Assembly: GCA_041483675.1 (NCBI GenBank)
Contig: JBGPGE010000030.1
Span: forward strand, 1-32,000
Source: Candidatus Binatia bacterium
GTDB taxonomy: Bacteria; Desulfobacterota; Binatia; UBA9968
Length of the DNA stretch: 32,000 nt
Reading direction: 5' to 3'
The notes under the pieces were generated by a model that saw nothing but the letters and a program-made list of their open reading frames with translations, was not told the origin of the DNA and did no database searches. The translations under genes were made by a program, and so were the position numbers. Positions 18,217 to 27,034 of this stretch are shown in pieces. How positions within the stretch are numbered: position 1 is the first letter of the stretch; each line of letters begins with the position of its first letter.

Positions 18217-18396
18217 CCCGAAAGTTGTCACCCCGAATGTTTTTATAGTGGTTCGACTGTGCTCACCACGACTCTGAGCCACGTCGAATGGGTCGGGGGT
18301 CCAGTCAGAGTTCGCCTGGATTCCCGCTCACGGTTCGATCTTCCTCACCGTGACCCTGAGCCACGTCGAATGGGTCAAAGCATGCGGGAATGACGG
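18217..18396. repeat. Compound interspersed repeat A: two ~48-nt units (18248..18294, 18329..18376), the second inside a REP-like hairpin (18318..18328 + 18377..18396)
   Basis: Direct comparison with 21134..21265 and 30689..30737. Confidence 0.85.
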
Positions 18397-18475
18397 CGTA
18401 AGAATTCACCATTGCGCAGCAAGCTGCGGGGAATTAACCCGCAGCTATTCAAGGTTCAGCAAAGGAGGTCGGATC

Positions 18476-19405
18476 ATGAAGCATTTCATAGTTGCAGGTT
18501 TTGTTTTGGCGCTCTCGCTATTGCCGGGCGTTTCGTCGGCTCAAGTTACGATGGCGATGACGAAGATCGCGGACGGAGTCTATTTCATGCAGAACTCCGC
18601 CGGCTCGAGTAAACCCACCTTCGTCATTACCAACGACGGCGTGCTCGTCTTCGACTTCGATATCCGCACCGCCGACCAGACGCTCGCCGCGATCCGCAAG
18701 CTCACGGACAAGAAAGTCAAATACTTGATCGCCTCGCACGCGGCCGGCGATCACGCGACCGGGGCGTGGCATTTCCGCGAGGACAAGCCGGTCTATATCG
18801 CAACGAAGAACGTTGTGCAGGATCTCTTCATGCAAGAGGCGAAGGAATTCGAGGAGCGCGCCAACGATCCTAAAATCGTCGGCTACAAGGGCAGAGAGCT
18901 GGTCCGGCCCGATATCGGCTTCGATGGAACGATGTCGCTGCACTTCGGCGGGCTGACCTTTATCGTCACCGCCGAGGGCAGAGGGCACAGCACCGGCGAT
19001 CTCACGATTTTTATTCCGCAGAAGCGCCTCATGCTCATGGGCGATCTGCTCGACACGGAGATCCATCCGGGGCAGGGCGAGTCCGCGGAGGTCTGGTATT
19101 CCAACGTCAAGGGATGGATCGAAATCCTCGACAAAATCATGGCGCGCAATCTGCCTGTCGAGACATACGTTCCGGGTCATGGGCCGGTGCATCTCGGGAG
19201 GGGGGTCAAAGACCTCGAAGAGCAAAAACGCTATTTCGTCGTCATGCGCGACGAAGTGGCGAAGATGATCGCCGCGGGCAAGACGCTCGAACAGGTCGAA
19301 AAGGAATTTAAAATCCCGCAGGAGTTCGCGCACTACAAGCGGCCGGAACGGCTGAAGACGTTCTACAAGCTGTTCTATAATCAGTTGCTTGAGCGAGGAT
19401 ATTAG
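18476..19405 (+). CDS. Secreted MBL-fold (metallo-beta-lactamase superfamily) protein
   Basis: Start at ATG 18476 after AAAGGAGG; signal peptide MKHFIVAGFVLALSLLPGVSSA; SHAAGDH, RGHSTGD, GDLLD, VPGHGPVH. Confidence 0.9.
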   Translation: MKHFIVAGFVLALSLLPGVSSAQVTMAMTKIADGVYFMQNSAGSSKPTFVITNDGVLVFDFDIRTADQTLAAIRKLTDKKVKYLIASHAAGDHATGAWHFREDKPVYIATKNVVQDLFMQEAKEFEERANDPKIVGYKGRELVRPDIGFDGTMSLHFGGLTFIVTAEGRGHSTGDLTIFIPQKRLMLMGDLLDTEIHPGQGESAEVWYSNVKGWIEILDKIMARNLPVETYVPGHGPVHLGRGVKDLEEQKRYFVVMRDEVAKMIAAGKTLEQVEKEFKIPQEFAHYKRPERLKTFYKLFYNQLLERGY

Positions 19406-19424
19406 ATCGGAGGGGACCGGGAGG

Positions 19425-19880
19425 CTACATGATCCTCTGCGATTCCTCGTAAACTCGCAGCTCGAAGTGGCGAATTTCACGGATGCGCTCAAAATCTCTG
19501 CGGTTTCGGGTAAACACGACGGCGCCGACTTTTCGAGCGGAAAGCGAGATGAGCACGTCGTGACTCAATCGCGCGAGCCCGGTCTCCTCGAAGCCATGCC
19601 GGGCGCCGAGCTGTTGCAGGACCTCCGCGGTGTCGAACCAAACCTGCTTGTCCGGCGTGACGACTCGATTCAAGCGATCAAAAGTTCGGAAGAGCGTTCG
19701 CAGAGCGTTGCGCGTGGGGTGATCCTTGGCGCCGGCGAACAGTTCGGCGAAGACCACGCTGCTCATATAAAGCAGCGTCGGTCGCAGGAGAAACCCCAAG
19801 TCCGCAATCTGTCCGCCTTGTTTCAGGAATGAAAGGTAGATCGAAGTATCGATGATCGCTTTAGCGGGGAAGGCGGCCAT
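19425..19880 (-). CDS. PIN-domain toxin, VapC-like (second locus)
   Basis: 151 aa; AIIDTSIYLSFLKQGG, VFAELFAG, HDVLISLSARKVGAVVFTRNRRDFERI. Confidence 0.83.
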   Translation of the reverse strand: MAAFPAKAIIDTSIYLSFLKQGGQIADLGFLLRPTLLYMSSVVFAELFAGAKDHPTRNALRTLFRTFDRLNRVVTPDKQVWFDTAEVLQQLGARHGFEETGLARLSHDVLISLSARKVGAVVFTRNRRDFERIREIRHFELRVYEESQRIM

Positions 19881-20070
19881 ACACGTCTTCGAGATTGCAC
19901 CGGCCCTTCATGGAGAGAAGCATTTTCCGGATCTCGCCGTCCGCTATGACAAGATCCAGCGCTCGCTCCACGGCCTCTGTCTCCGTCTTGGCGGCGAGGA
20001 GTTCTTTGGCCTTTTTGATCTTTGCGAGCGGCAAAATAAATTGCTTCCGCGCTCTTGCTTCCGGCTTCAT
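19861..20070 (-). CDS. VapB-like antitoxin
   Basis: 69 aa MKPEARARKQFILPLAKIKKAKELLAAKTETEAVERALDLVI, overlaps PIN start by 20 nt. Confidence 0.75.
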   Translation of the reverse strand: MKPEARARKQFILPLAKIKKAKELLAAKTETEAVERALDLVIADGEIRKMLLSMKGRCNLEDVYGRLPR

Positions 20071-20211
20071 GGCGACGTCCCAGACGATTCAGTTTACCCA
20101 TGTGTATACTAGCTTCCATCTATACACATGTCAAACGAGGCCGAGGAGCGCGCAAGAAACGGCGGTGTCGTTAACTCTTTGAATCGCACGTGTTATATAA
20201 AGCCACGAACG

Positions 20212-21066
20212 ATGCAGAACTTGGACCCCATCCGCTCCTTCACCGCCGCCAATCCGGGTTACATGACCTTGGAGGGGACGAATCAGTACCTCCTGGGCAA
20301 AGACGAGATCACGGTCATCGACGTCGCGCTCTCTTCGCCGGCCAACATCGATGGGATTATCGAGCAGGCCGAGGCGAGCGGCGGCAGGAAGATCGAAAAG
20401 ATTCTCCTCACCCACATCCACAGTGACCATTGCGGCGGCGCGCTGGCATTGAAAAAGCGGACCGGCGCCAAGCTGGGAATCAGCCTGCTACGCGCCAATG
20501 CGCTGAGCGGAATCGACTTCACGTACGCCGACGGCGACGCGATCCCCTACGACGGCGGCGAGTTGAGCGTGGTCCATACGCCGGGCCATGAATCGGGCCA
20601 CTGTTGCTTCTATGAGGGGAAGCTCAAGACGCTCTTTACCGGCGATCACATCCTCGGCCGGGGCACGACGGTCATTCCGCCACCCGACGGCGACATGGCG
20701 CTTTATATTCACTCGCTGGAAAAACTGCTGGCGCTGGAGCTCAAACGCCTGCTACCCGGCCATGGGCCGACGATCGGCGATCCCTACGGCAAGATCCGCG
20801 AATACATCGAGCATCGCCTGATGCGCGAGCGGCAGGTTCTAAAATGTCTGCAAGACGGCTTTCAAACCATACCGGCGATCACCGCGCAGATTTACACCGA
20901 CACGCCGCCGGCGCTCATGTCGATGGCGGCGTACTCGGTCGAAGCGCACCTCGTCAAGTTGGTCGGGGAACGAAAAGTAATAAAAGAAGGTTCTTCAAGC
21001 TTCCGTGTGGCTCACCGCAGAGGTGTGGTTCGACGCGGCTCACCACAGGCTCCGGGCGCGGAGTAA
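20212..21066 (+). CDS. MBL-fold hydrolase (LACTB2-like)
   Basis: ILLTHIHSDHCGGA, VVHTPGHESGHCCFY, LFTGDHILGRGTTVI, RLLPGHGPTI; start chosen as MQNLDPIRSF. Confidence 0.92.
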   Translation: MQNLDPIRSFTAANPGYMTLEGTNQYLLGKDEITVIDVALSSPANIDGIIEQAEASGGRKIEKILLTHIHSDHCGGALALKKRTGAKLGISLLRANALSGIDFTYADGDAIPYDGGELSVVHTPGHESGHCCFYEGKLKTLFTGDHILGRGTTVIPPPDGDMALYIHSLEKLLALELKRLLPGHGPTIGDPYGKIREYIEHRLMRERQVLKCLQDGFQTIPAITAQIYTDTPPALMSMAAYSVEAHLVKLVGERKVIKEGSSSFRVAHRRGVVRRGSPQAPGAE

Positions 21067-21133
21067 AGAGTTTTTGAATGAATCACCCCGCAGCAAGCTG
21101 CTGGGTATCAAGAGGCCCTCGGATGACTTTTTC

Positions 21134-21265
21134 CCAACTGGTCACCCCCGAATGTTTTAATCGTGGTTCGACGGTGCTCACCACGACCCTGAGCCACGTC
21201 GAATGGGTCGGGGGTCCAGTCCGAAATTCGCCTGGATTCCCGCTAAAAGCATGCGGGAATGACGG
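21134..21265. repeat. Compound interspersed repeat B: ~47-nt unit 21163..21209 plus uninterrupted REP-like hairpin 21234..21265
   Basis: Near-identical to 18217..18396 apart from the nested unit. Confidence 0.85.
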
Positions 21266-21490
21266 ACTCTGCATTTGTAGGGGCAGGCCTGCGTGTCTGC
21301 CCTGGGGCAGGAGGGCGGACACATAGGTCGCCCCTACACAATCCGGCTCTTCGTTTCAAAGGAAATAAATTCTACGCAGCAAGCTGCGGGGAATTGACCC
21401 CAAAGAGATTAAAAAATACTCCGAACTCTGTACCTCTGTGGTGAAAACTCCTTCACAGGAAACCCTGAGGAGCCTAAGAGAAAGCGACGG

Positions 21491-22879
21491 TTATCGCCTG
21501 ACCGGCGAGCGTTGAAAACTCCGCCGGGTGATTTCATAGGGGACCGGATCGGCGCCGGTTTCGAGATCGCTCCACAGATCCTCGGCGATCTCGACGGAAC
21601 GCGGAGGCTCGACGCCGTCTAAGAAAAACACGAACTCGCCTCTAAGCTGCAAGACCAAATGGCGCCGGCTGTCGCGCGGCGTGAGCAGAAAATCGCCGCT
21701 TCCCGGCCCGGCGGAGAGGGAAGTGTCGTGGCGGCGCTCCAGGGCCCGGCGGTAGCTGCGAAAAAATTCCGCCGCCTCTTGGCGATTCTCCCAAGCCGTG
21801 ATCCACGCGAGGGCGATTCCATTGTCTTGTCGAAACAGCAGCAGGCTGTCGCCGGCCCAGCCCTTTGCGGCGCCGGCGGCTTCGTCTCGCGACAGACTTC
21901 TCCCGAGGAGAACCTGTGTGAGGAATTCTCCCAACGTCTCCTCCATGAGCTTGTTGTCGCCCAACTGCCTGAGCAGGTTCCACGGGGTAATCCTGACCGG
22001 CTCCTCTCGCTTCCCGTAGTACTTCTCGGGATGAAGAATCTGTTTGGTCGAAGCGGGGGGATTGGCATAAAGGCTGTTCACTCCCTCCCAGCCCCGCGCG
22101 GAAAAAGCCCAGGAGACGAACCGCGTACCCTCCATCGTCGAGAACACCGCCTGCCGGCGAAGCGGCTCCGGGAGATAGGCAAGATCTCTCTCCAGCTGGG
22201 AGGCGGACCGGGAAACGGCTTGCGCCGCGTCGAGGATTCGTTGCCTGTGGGTTCCGTAAGGCTCCTGAAGGAGCGCGAGACTCGCGAGCACCGCGTCTCC
22301 CTTCCGAAGCGCGCGCTGGGCCAGGGCGGCGTCTTCCGTAGGCTTGCGCACGAGCTTTTCGCCTGTGCGGAAATGCTGTTCTTGCAGCAGGCGTATCAAG
22401 CCATGCACTTGAACGAGCTGTCGGTCCGTCTCTCTATCCCGGCTTCCGGGGAAGGCGAGCAGCGGAGGTTCCGGTTTTATTCCCTGCCGCGGCATAAGGA
22501 GTGTTTTCTGTTGAGCATCCGGGAAGGCGCCCGTCAAGGCCGTCTCCAGCTCGGCCAATGCCTTGGAAAAATCGGTCCCCTCCGGCAGCAGCCCCAGCCG
22601 GGCGAAGAGCGCGCCACGGAGATCGAGGCTCTCTTTTCCCTGTTCTTCCAGGATGGAGCTCTCAGCCAGCGCGTGAAGTTCCTTCGGGTCGCGCGCCGCT
22701 ACAGCCACGTCTCGCTGAAAAGCGAGGCCTCGGAGACGGGCCACCGCTTGTTTAAGCTCGTCGAATGACAGCGAGCGTGCCGTGGCGATAGAGCGCGGCT
22801 CCAGCAGCTGGCAGCCGAAGATGAGCGGCAGCGCAGCGAGCCAAAGCATGCGCGCAAGAGATTTGATCCTTCGCGTCAT
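21491..22879 (-). CDS. Hypothetical lipoprotein
   Basis: 462 aa; lipobox-like N-terminus SLARMLWLAALPLIFGCQ; abuts the downstream-encoded RlpA-like gene. Confidence 0.8.
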   Translation of the reverse strand: MTRRIKSLARMLWLAALPLIFGCQLLEPRSIATARSLSFDELKQAVARLRGLAFQRDVAVAARDPKELHALAESSILEEQGKESLDLRGALFARLGLLPEGTDFSKALAELETALTGAFPDAQQKTLLMPRQGIKPEPPLLAFPGSRDRETDRQLVQVHGLIRLLQEQHFRTGEKLVRKPTEDAALAQRALRKGDAVLASLALLQEPYGTHRQRILDAAQAVSRSASQLERDLAYLPEPLRRQAVFSTMEGTRFVSWAFSARGWEGVNSLYANPPASTKQILHPEKYYGKREEPVRITPWNLLRQLGDNKLMEETLGEFLTQVLLGRSLSRDEAAGAAKGWAGDSLLLFRQDNGIALAWITAWENRQEAAEFFRSYRRALERRHDTSLSAGPGSGDFLLTPRDSRRHLVLQLRGEFVFFLDGVEPPRSVEIAEDLWSDLETGADPVPYEITRRSFQRSPVRR

Positions 22880-23559
22880 TATTTCTCCATGATGATCACG
22901 GGGAACCCCTGCCGCGCCAACCGGCGGGCTTCGTCCTCGGCCGCGCGGCGATCGGAAAACGTCCCGACGCGCACGCGGTAGTAAGCGCCGTTCCGGGTTT
23001 CAAATGGAATGACGTTGATCTCCGACCCCTGGCCCACGGTTTTTTCCACCTGCTCCCGTAGCCTCTTTGCGTTGCCGATATCCGCGAAGGAGCCGAGTTG
23101 CAGGGTATAGTCCAGCCGATCGCGAATGCGGTCCACCCGTTGAGGCCCGCCATCCAATACCTCGATGCGCACCGGGATCGTGCCGGGCCCGATCATCCCC
23201 AACGTTGTCGCGGCGGCGTAAGAGAGATCGAGGACGCGCTCTTTAAGAAACGGGCCGCGGTCGTTGATCGTGACCTCGGTCGATCTGCCGTTTTCCAGGT
23301 TGGTCACAATGACTCTCGTGCCCAGCGGCAACGTTTGGTGAGCGGCGGTAAGCTCATGCTGATCGTAGACAACGCCGCTTGCGGTCGCCCGGCCGTGAAA
23401 GCCCGGGCCGTACCACGACGCGATCCCGGTCTGCGTTACGCGCCCCTCGGGCGGCGGCGAAAAAATCACTTTGCTGCGCGTCGGCGGAACGGAGCAGGCG
23501 ATGAGGGCGACGAGGGCAAGAGTGAGAGTTCCCCAGGATAGGGCGGGTGTCTGAGTCAT
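22879..23559 (-). CDS. rlpA: RlpA-like septal ring lytic transglycosylase with DPBB and SPOR domains
   Basis: 226 aa; lipobox LIACS; GIASWYGPGFHGRATASGVVYDQHELTAAHQTLPLGTRVIVTNLENGRS..INDRGPF; C-terminal SPOR-like repeat. Confidence 0.9.
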   Translation of the reverse strand: MTQTPALSWGTLTLALVALIACSVPPTRSKVIFSPPPEGRVTQTGIASWYGPGFHGRATASGVVYDQHELTAAHQTLPLGTRVIVTNLENGRSTEVTINDRGPFLKERVLDLSYAAATTLGMIGPGTIPVRIEVLDGGPQRVDRIRDRLDYTLQLGSFADIGNAKRLREQVEKTVGQGSEINVIPFETRNGAYYRVRVGTFSDRRAAEDEARRLARQGFPVIIMEK

Positions 23560-23696
23560 TAAGCATTGTATTATACAGAAACAGCGTGCCTGGGGAAAGG
23601 CCGATGGAGCTGCTTGCCCGCCGTTTACCCAAGAAATGGATTGTGGTAGCTTAGGGCCAAGATAAAGAGGGTTGATTGTAAAGAGGGTTGATCTGT

Positions 23697-24443
23697 ATGT
23701 CCGGCCATTCCAAATGGAGTTCGATCAAACATAAAAAAGCCGCCAAGGACCAGAAGCGCGGCAAGCTGTTCACCAAGCTGATCAAGGAGATCACGGTCGC
23801 GGCGCGCATGGGCGGCGGCGATATCAACGGCAATCCGCGCCTGCGGAGCGCGGTGATGACGGCGAAAAGCTCCAGCATGCCCAACGACAATATCGATCGG
23901 GCGATCAAAAAGGGGACGGGGGAGCTTGAAGGGGTGACCTACGAAGAGGTGCAGTATGAAGGGTACGGCCCCGGCGGCGCGGCGATCATGGTCCAGATCC
24001 TGACCGACAACAAAAACCGCACGGTGCAAGAGATTCGCCGCCTGTTTGAAAAACACGGCGGAAACTTGGGCCAGACCGGCTGCGTGGCCTGGATGTTCGA
24101 TAAGAAAGGGCTCATCACGGTCGAGAAGTCGCAGGCGGAAGAGGATCGCCTCTTTAGCCTGGCGCTCGATGTGGGCGCCGAGGACGTGCGGGAGGAGGAA
24201 GGCCTCTTCGAGATCCTCACCCAGCCGGAAGACTTCCACAAGGTGAGAGATGTTCTGGAGCGCGAGAAGATCGCCACGGCCACCGCGCAGGTGACGATGA
24301 TTCCCAAAAACACGGTGACGGTCGATGCGAAGCATGTCGAGCAGATCTTGAAGCTGACCGAAGAGCTCGAGGACCACGACGACGTGCAGAGCGTGTCGGC
24401 CAACTTCGATATCCCGAACGAGTTTTTAGACAAGGCCAGTTGA
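23697..24443 (+). CDS. yebC: YebC/PmpR family transcriptional/translation-associated regulator
   Basis: [42 protein letters not shown]-like and [12 protein letters not shown]. Confidence 0.96.
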   Translation: MSGHSKWSSIKHKKAAKDQKRGKLFTKLIKEITVAARMGGGDINGNPRLRSAVMTAKSSSMPNDNIDRAIKKGTGELEGVTYEEVQYEGYGPGGAAIMVQILTDNKNRTVQEIRRLFEKHGGNLGQTGCVAWMFDKKGLITVEKSQAEEDRLFSLALDVGAEDVREEEGLFEILTQPEDFHKVRDVLEREKIATATAQVTMIPKNTVTVDAKHVEQILKLTEELEDHDDVQSVSANFDIPNEFLDKAS

Positions 24444-25015
24444 TGGCGATCCGGCCTGAGCGGAGTCAAGGCGGCGATCCGGCCGCGGAGCCCGAGCGGA
24501 TTCTCGGCATCGACCCCGGCACGGTGGCGACCGGCTGGGGCGTGGTGGAGATGGTCGGCGGCTCGCTGGTTCACTGCGCCCATGGCACGATCCGCTCATC
24601 GCCAAGCCTGGCGCACGCCGGCCGCCTGCAACGCATCCACCAGGGACTTCTGGAAGTCATCGAGCGACATGGGCCGGCGGGAGCGAGTCTCGAAAGAGTA
24701 TTCTTCGCCCGCAACGCCCAGAGCGCGCTCAAGCTCGGGCAGGCGCGCGGCATCGCCCTGCTGGCCGTCGCTGAGAGCGGAATTCCCGTCCACGAGTACG
24801 CCTCCACGGAGATTAAGCTTTCCGTCGTCGGCTACGGCCAGGCGAGCAAAGAGCAGGTGCAGAAAATGGTCGCCTCGCTGCTCGGTCTCCCGGAACCCAT
24901 CCCGGCGGACGCCGCCGACGCTCTGGCGGCCGCGATCTGCTATCTTCATCAACGCGCCTTTCTTGCCCGAGTGCAGGGCGCGCTGCCGGCGCATGGGCGA
25001 GAAGCGCGCCGGTGA
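24440..25015 (+). CDS. ruvC: Holliday junction resolvase RuvC
   Basis: [76 protein letters not shown]. Confidence 0.96.
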   Translation: MMAIRPERSQGGDPAAEPERILGIDPGTVATGWGVVEMVGGSLVHCAHGTIRSSPSLAHAGRLQRIHQGLLEVIERHGPAGASLERVFFARNAQSALKLGQARGIALLAVAESGIPVHEYASTEIKLSVVGYGQASKEQVQKMVASLLGLPEPIPADAADALAAAICYLHQRAFLARVQGALPAHGREARR

Positions 25016-25084
25016 CCGGACTTCGCCGGCCATCGCGCGATTGCGTATCGACGGATACCGAATCGACCAACAACGATTGACGAA

Positions 25085-25669
25085 ATGATCGGCAAACTCA
25101 GCGGCACCCTCACGGACAAGGCCCCCACGGAAATCACCATCGACGTCGGCGGCGTCGGCTACCAGATTTTTATTCCGCTGAGCGTTTTTTACCGCCTGCC
25201 CGACCTCGGGGCGCGAGTCAGCCTCTACACGCACACTCACGTTCGCGAAGACGCGCTGCAGCTCTTCGGCTTTCTCGGGCCGGAGGAAAAGCAGGTCTTT
25301 CTGCTGCTGAACGGCGTCTCCGGCATCGGGCCGAAGCTGGCGGTCAATATCCTCTCCGGCATCCCGGCGGAGGATCTCGCCAAGGCGCTGAGAGAGGGCG
25401 ACCAGCCGCGGCTCCTCTCCATTCCCGGCGTGGGGAGGAAACTCGCCGAGCGCATGATCGTCGAATTGCGCGACAAGTTTCTCTCGCTGCCGGCGGCGGA
25501 AATCGCGCAGCGGGACGGCACGCAGTTGACGCGGGACGCGGTGTCGGCGCTGGTCAACCTGGGCTATCGCCGGGCCGACGCGGAAAAGAGCGTGCGCGAA
25601 ATCGCGCGCAACGGCGAGGGCAGCCTGGGAGAGGTGCTGAAAGAGGCGCTCCGCAGGCTCAGTCAATGA
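25085..25669 (+). CDS. ruvA: Holliday junction DNA helicase subunit RuvA
   Basis: MIGKLSGTLTDKAPTEITIDVGGVGYQI, THTHVREDALQLFGF, LNGVSGIGPKLAVNILSG. Confidence 0.96.
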   Translation: MIGKLSGTLTDKAPTEITIDVGGVGYQIFIPLSVFYRLPDLGARVSLYTHTHVREDALQLFGFLGPEEKQVFLLLNGVSGIGPKLAVNILSGIPAEDLAKALREGDQPRLLSIPGVGRKLAERMIVELRDKFLSLPAAEIAQRDGTQLTRDAVSALVNLGYRRADAEKSVREIARNGEGSLGEVLKEALRRLSQ

Positions 25670-25760
25670 AAAATGTAAATTGCAAAATGAAAAATGAAAA
25701 GTGAAGATTTAAAATTTGCAATTTGCATTTTACACTTTGCATTTTGCACTTGGCCTTAAC
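25668..25760. repeat. Low-complexity intergenic A-rich/T-rich inverted array (gcaaaatgaaaaatg ... cattttgca)
   Basis: Read directly between ruvA and ruvB. Confidence 0.8.
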
Positions 25761-25761
25761 T

Positions 25762-26787
25762 ATGGACCCCCAGCAAATCACGCCCAAGCAGACCGACGAG
25801 GACCTCAGTTACGAGGTCAATCTCCGGCCGCGCGGCTTCGACGAATACGTCGGCCAGGAGCAGGTCAAGGAGAATCTCAAAGTCGCCATCGCCGCGGCGC
25901 GCGGGCGTAACGACGTGCTCGACCATATTCTCTTTCATGGCCCGCCGGGGCTGGGAAAAACCTCGCTCGCCTATATCATCGCGCGCGAGATGGGCGTCAA
26001 CATCAAGGCGACCTCCGGTCCGGTCGTGGAGCGCGCCGGAGATCTTGCGGCGTTGCTGACCAACCTGGAAGAGGGGGACATCCTCTTCATCGACGAGATC
26101 CACCGGCTCAACCACGTGGTCGAAGAGGTCCTCTACCCCGCGATGGAAGATTACCAGATCGATCTCATGATCGGCCAGGGGCCGTCGGCGCGGTCGATCA
26201 AGCTCGATCTTAAACGGTTCACGCTGGTAGGCGCGACCACGCGCTCCGGACTTCTCACCTCGCCGCTGCGCAACCGCTTTGGAGCGACCTTCCGTCTGGA
26301 CTTCTATTCGACCGAAGCGCTGGCACAGATTCTTACCCGCTCGGCTGCCATCCTCGCCGTGGCCGGAGATCGGGAGGGGCTGGCGGAGATTGCCCGGCGG
26401 TCGCGCGGCACGCCCCGGATCGCCAACCGGCTGCTGCGCCGCGTGCGGGACTACGCGCAGGTGAAAGCCAGCGGCCGGATCACCAAAACAGTTACGGAAG
26501 AGGCGCTCAAGATGCTCGAAGTGGACCCGATGGGGTTCGACAAGATGGACACGTTGCTGCTGCTCACGCTGATCGATAAGTTTGCCGGCGGTCCGGTGGG
26601 GGTGGAGACGCTCGCGGCGGCTATCGGCGAGGAGAAGGACACGATCGAGGATGTCTACGAGCCGTTTCTAATTCAGGCGGGTTTTCTCAACCGCACCTCG
26701 CGCGGCCGGGTGGCGACGCCGCTCGCCTATGAGCACTTCGGCCGCAAGCCGGGAGAGACGCCTAAGAAACAGCCGACGCTGTTTTGA
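25762..26787 (+). CDS. ruvB: Holliday junction DNA helicase RuvB
   Basis: [61 protein letters not shown]; start chosen as MDPQQITPK. Confidence 0.97.
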   Translation: MDPQQITPKQTDEDLSYEVNLRPRGFDEYVGQEQVKENLKVAIAAARGRNDVLDHILFHGPPGLGKTSLAYIIAREMGVNIKATSGPVVERAGDLAALLTNLEEGDILFIDEIHRLNHVVEEVLYPAMEDYQIDLMIGQGPSARSIKLDLKRFTLVGATTRSGLLTSPLRNRFGATFRLDFYSTEALAQILTRSAAILAVAGDREGLAEIARRSRGTPRIANRLLRRVRDYAQVKASGRITKTVTEEALKMLEVDPMGFDKMDTLLLLTLIDKFAGGPVGVETLAAAIGEEKDTIEDVYEPFLIQAGFLNRTSRGRVATPLAYEHFGRKPGETPKKQPTLF

Positions 26788-26828
26788 AAGCCGTTCAAGA
26801 GTTCGAAGGCTCAAGGGAGAAAACGCAA

Positions 26829-26925
26829 TGCAAATTGCAAAATGAAAACTGCAAAATGCAAAATCGAAGAAGGCCGGGATCTTAACTTTTGCAATTTTCA
26901 TTTTCCATTTTTCATTTTGCGGTTC
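26829..26925. repeat. Low-complexity intergenic A-rich/T-rich inverted array
   Basis: gcaaattgcaaaatgaaaactgcaaaatgcaaaa ... ttttgcaattttcattttccattttttcattttgcgg. Confidence 0.8.
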
Positions 26926-27034
26926 CCTTTCTATTTTCCCCTGGCAACCTGCCTCCTTATCAGCGCAATCTTAACCCTTGTTCTTTACCTGTTTCGACGG
27001 TAAAATCGCATAGTTTCACTAAGGCGGCGCCGAG

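Noticed and set aside
18217-18445. Possible CRISPR array (clustered repeats)
   Set aside because: Units are few, irregularly spaced, nested and found again at distant sites; no regular spacers or cas genes.
21659-22768. 369-aa plus-strand ORF opposite the 462-aa lipoprotein
   Set aside because: The minus frame has a signal peptide and lipobox and abuts rlpA, so it is preferred, although homology support is lacking for both.
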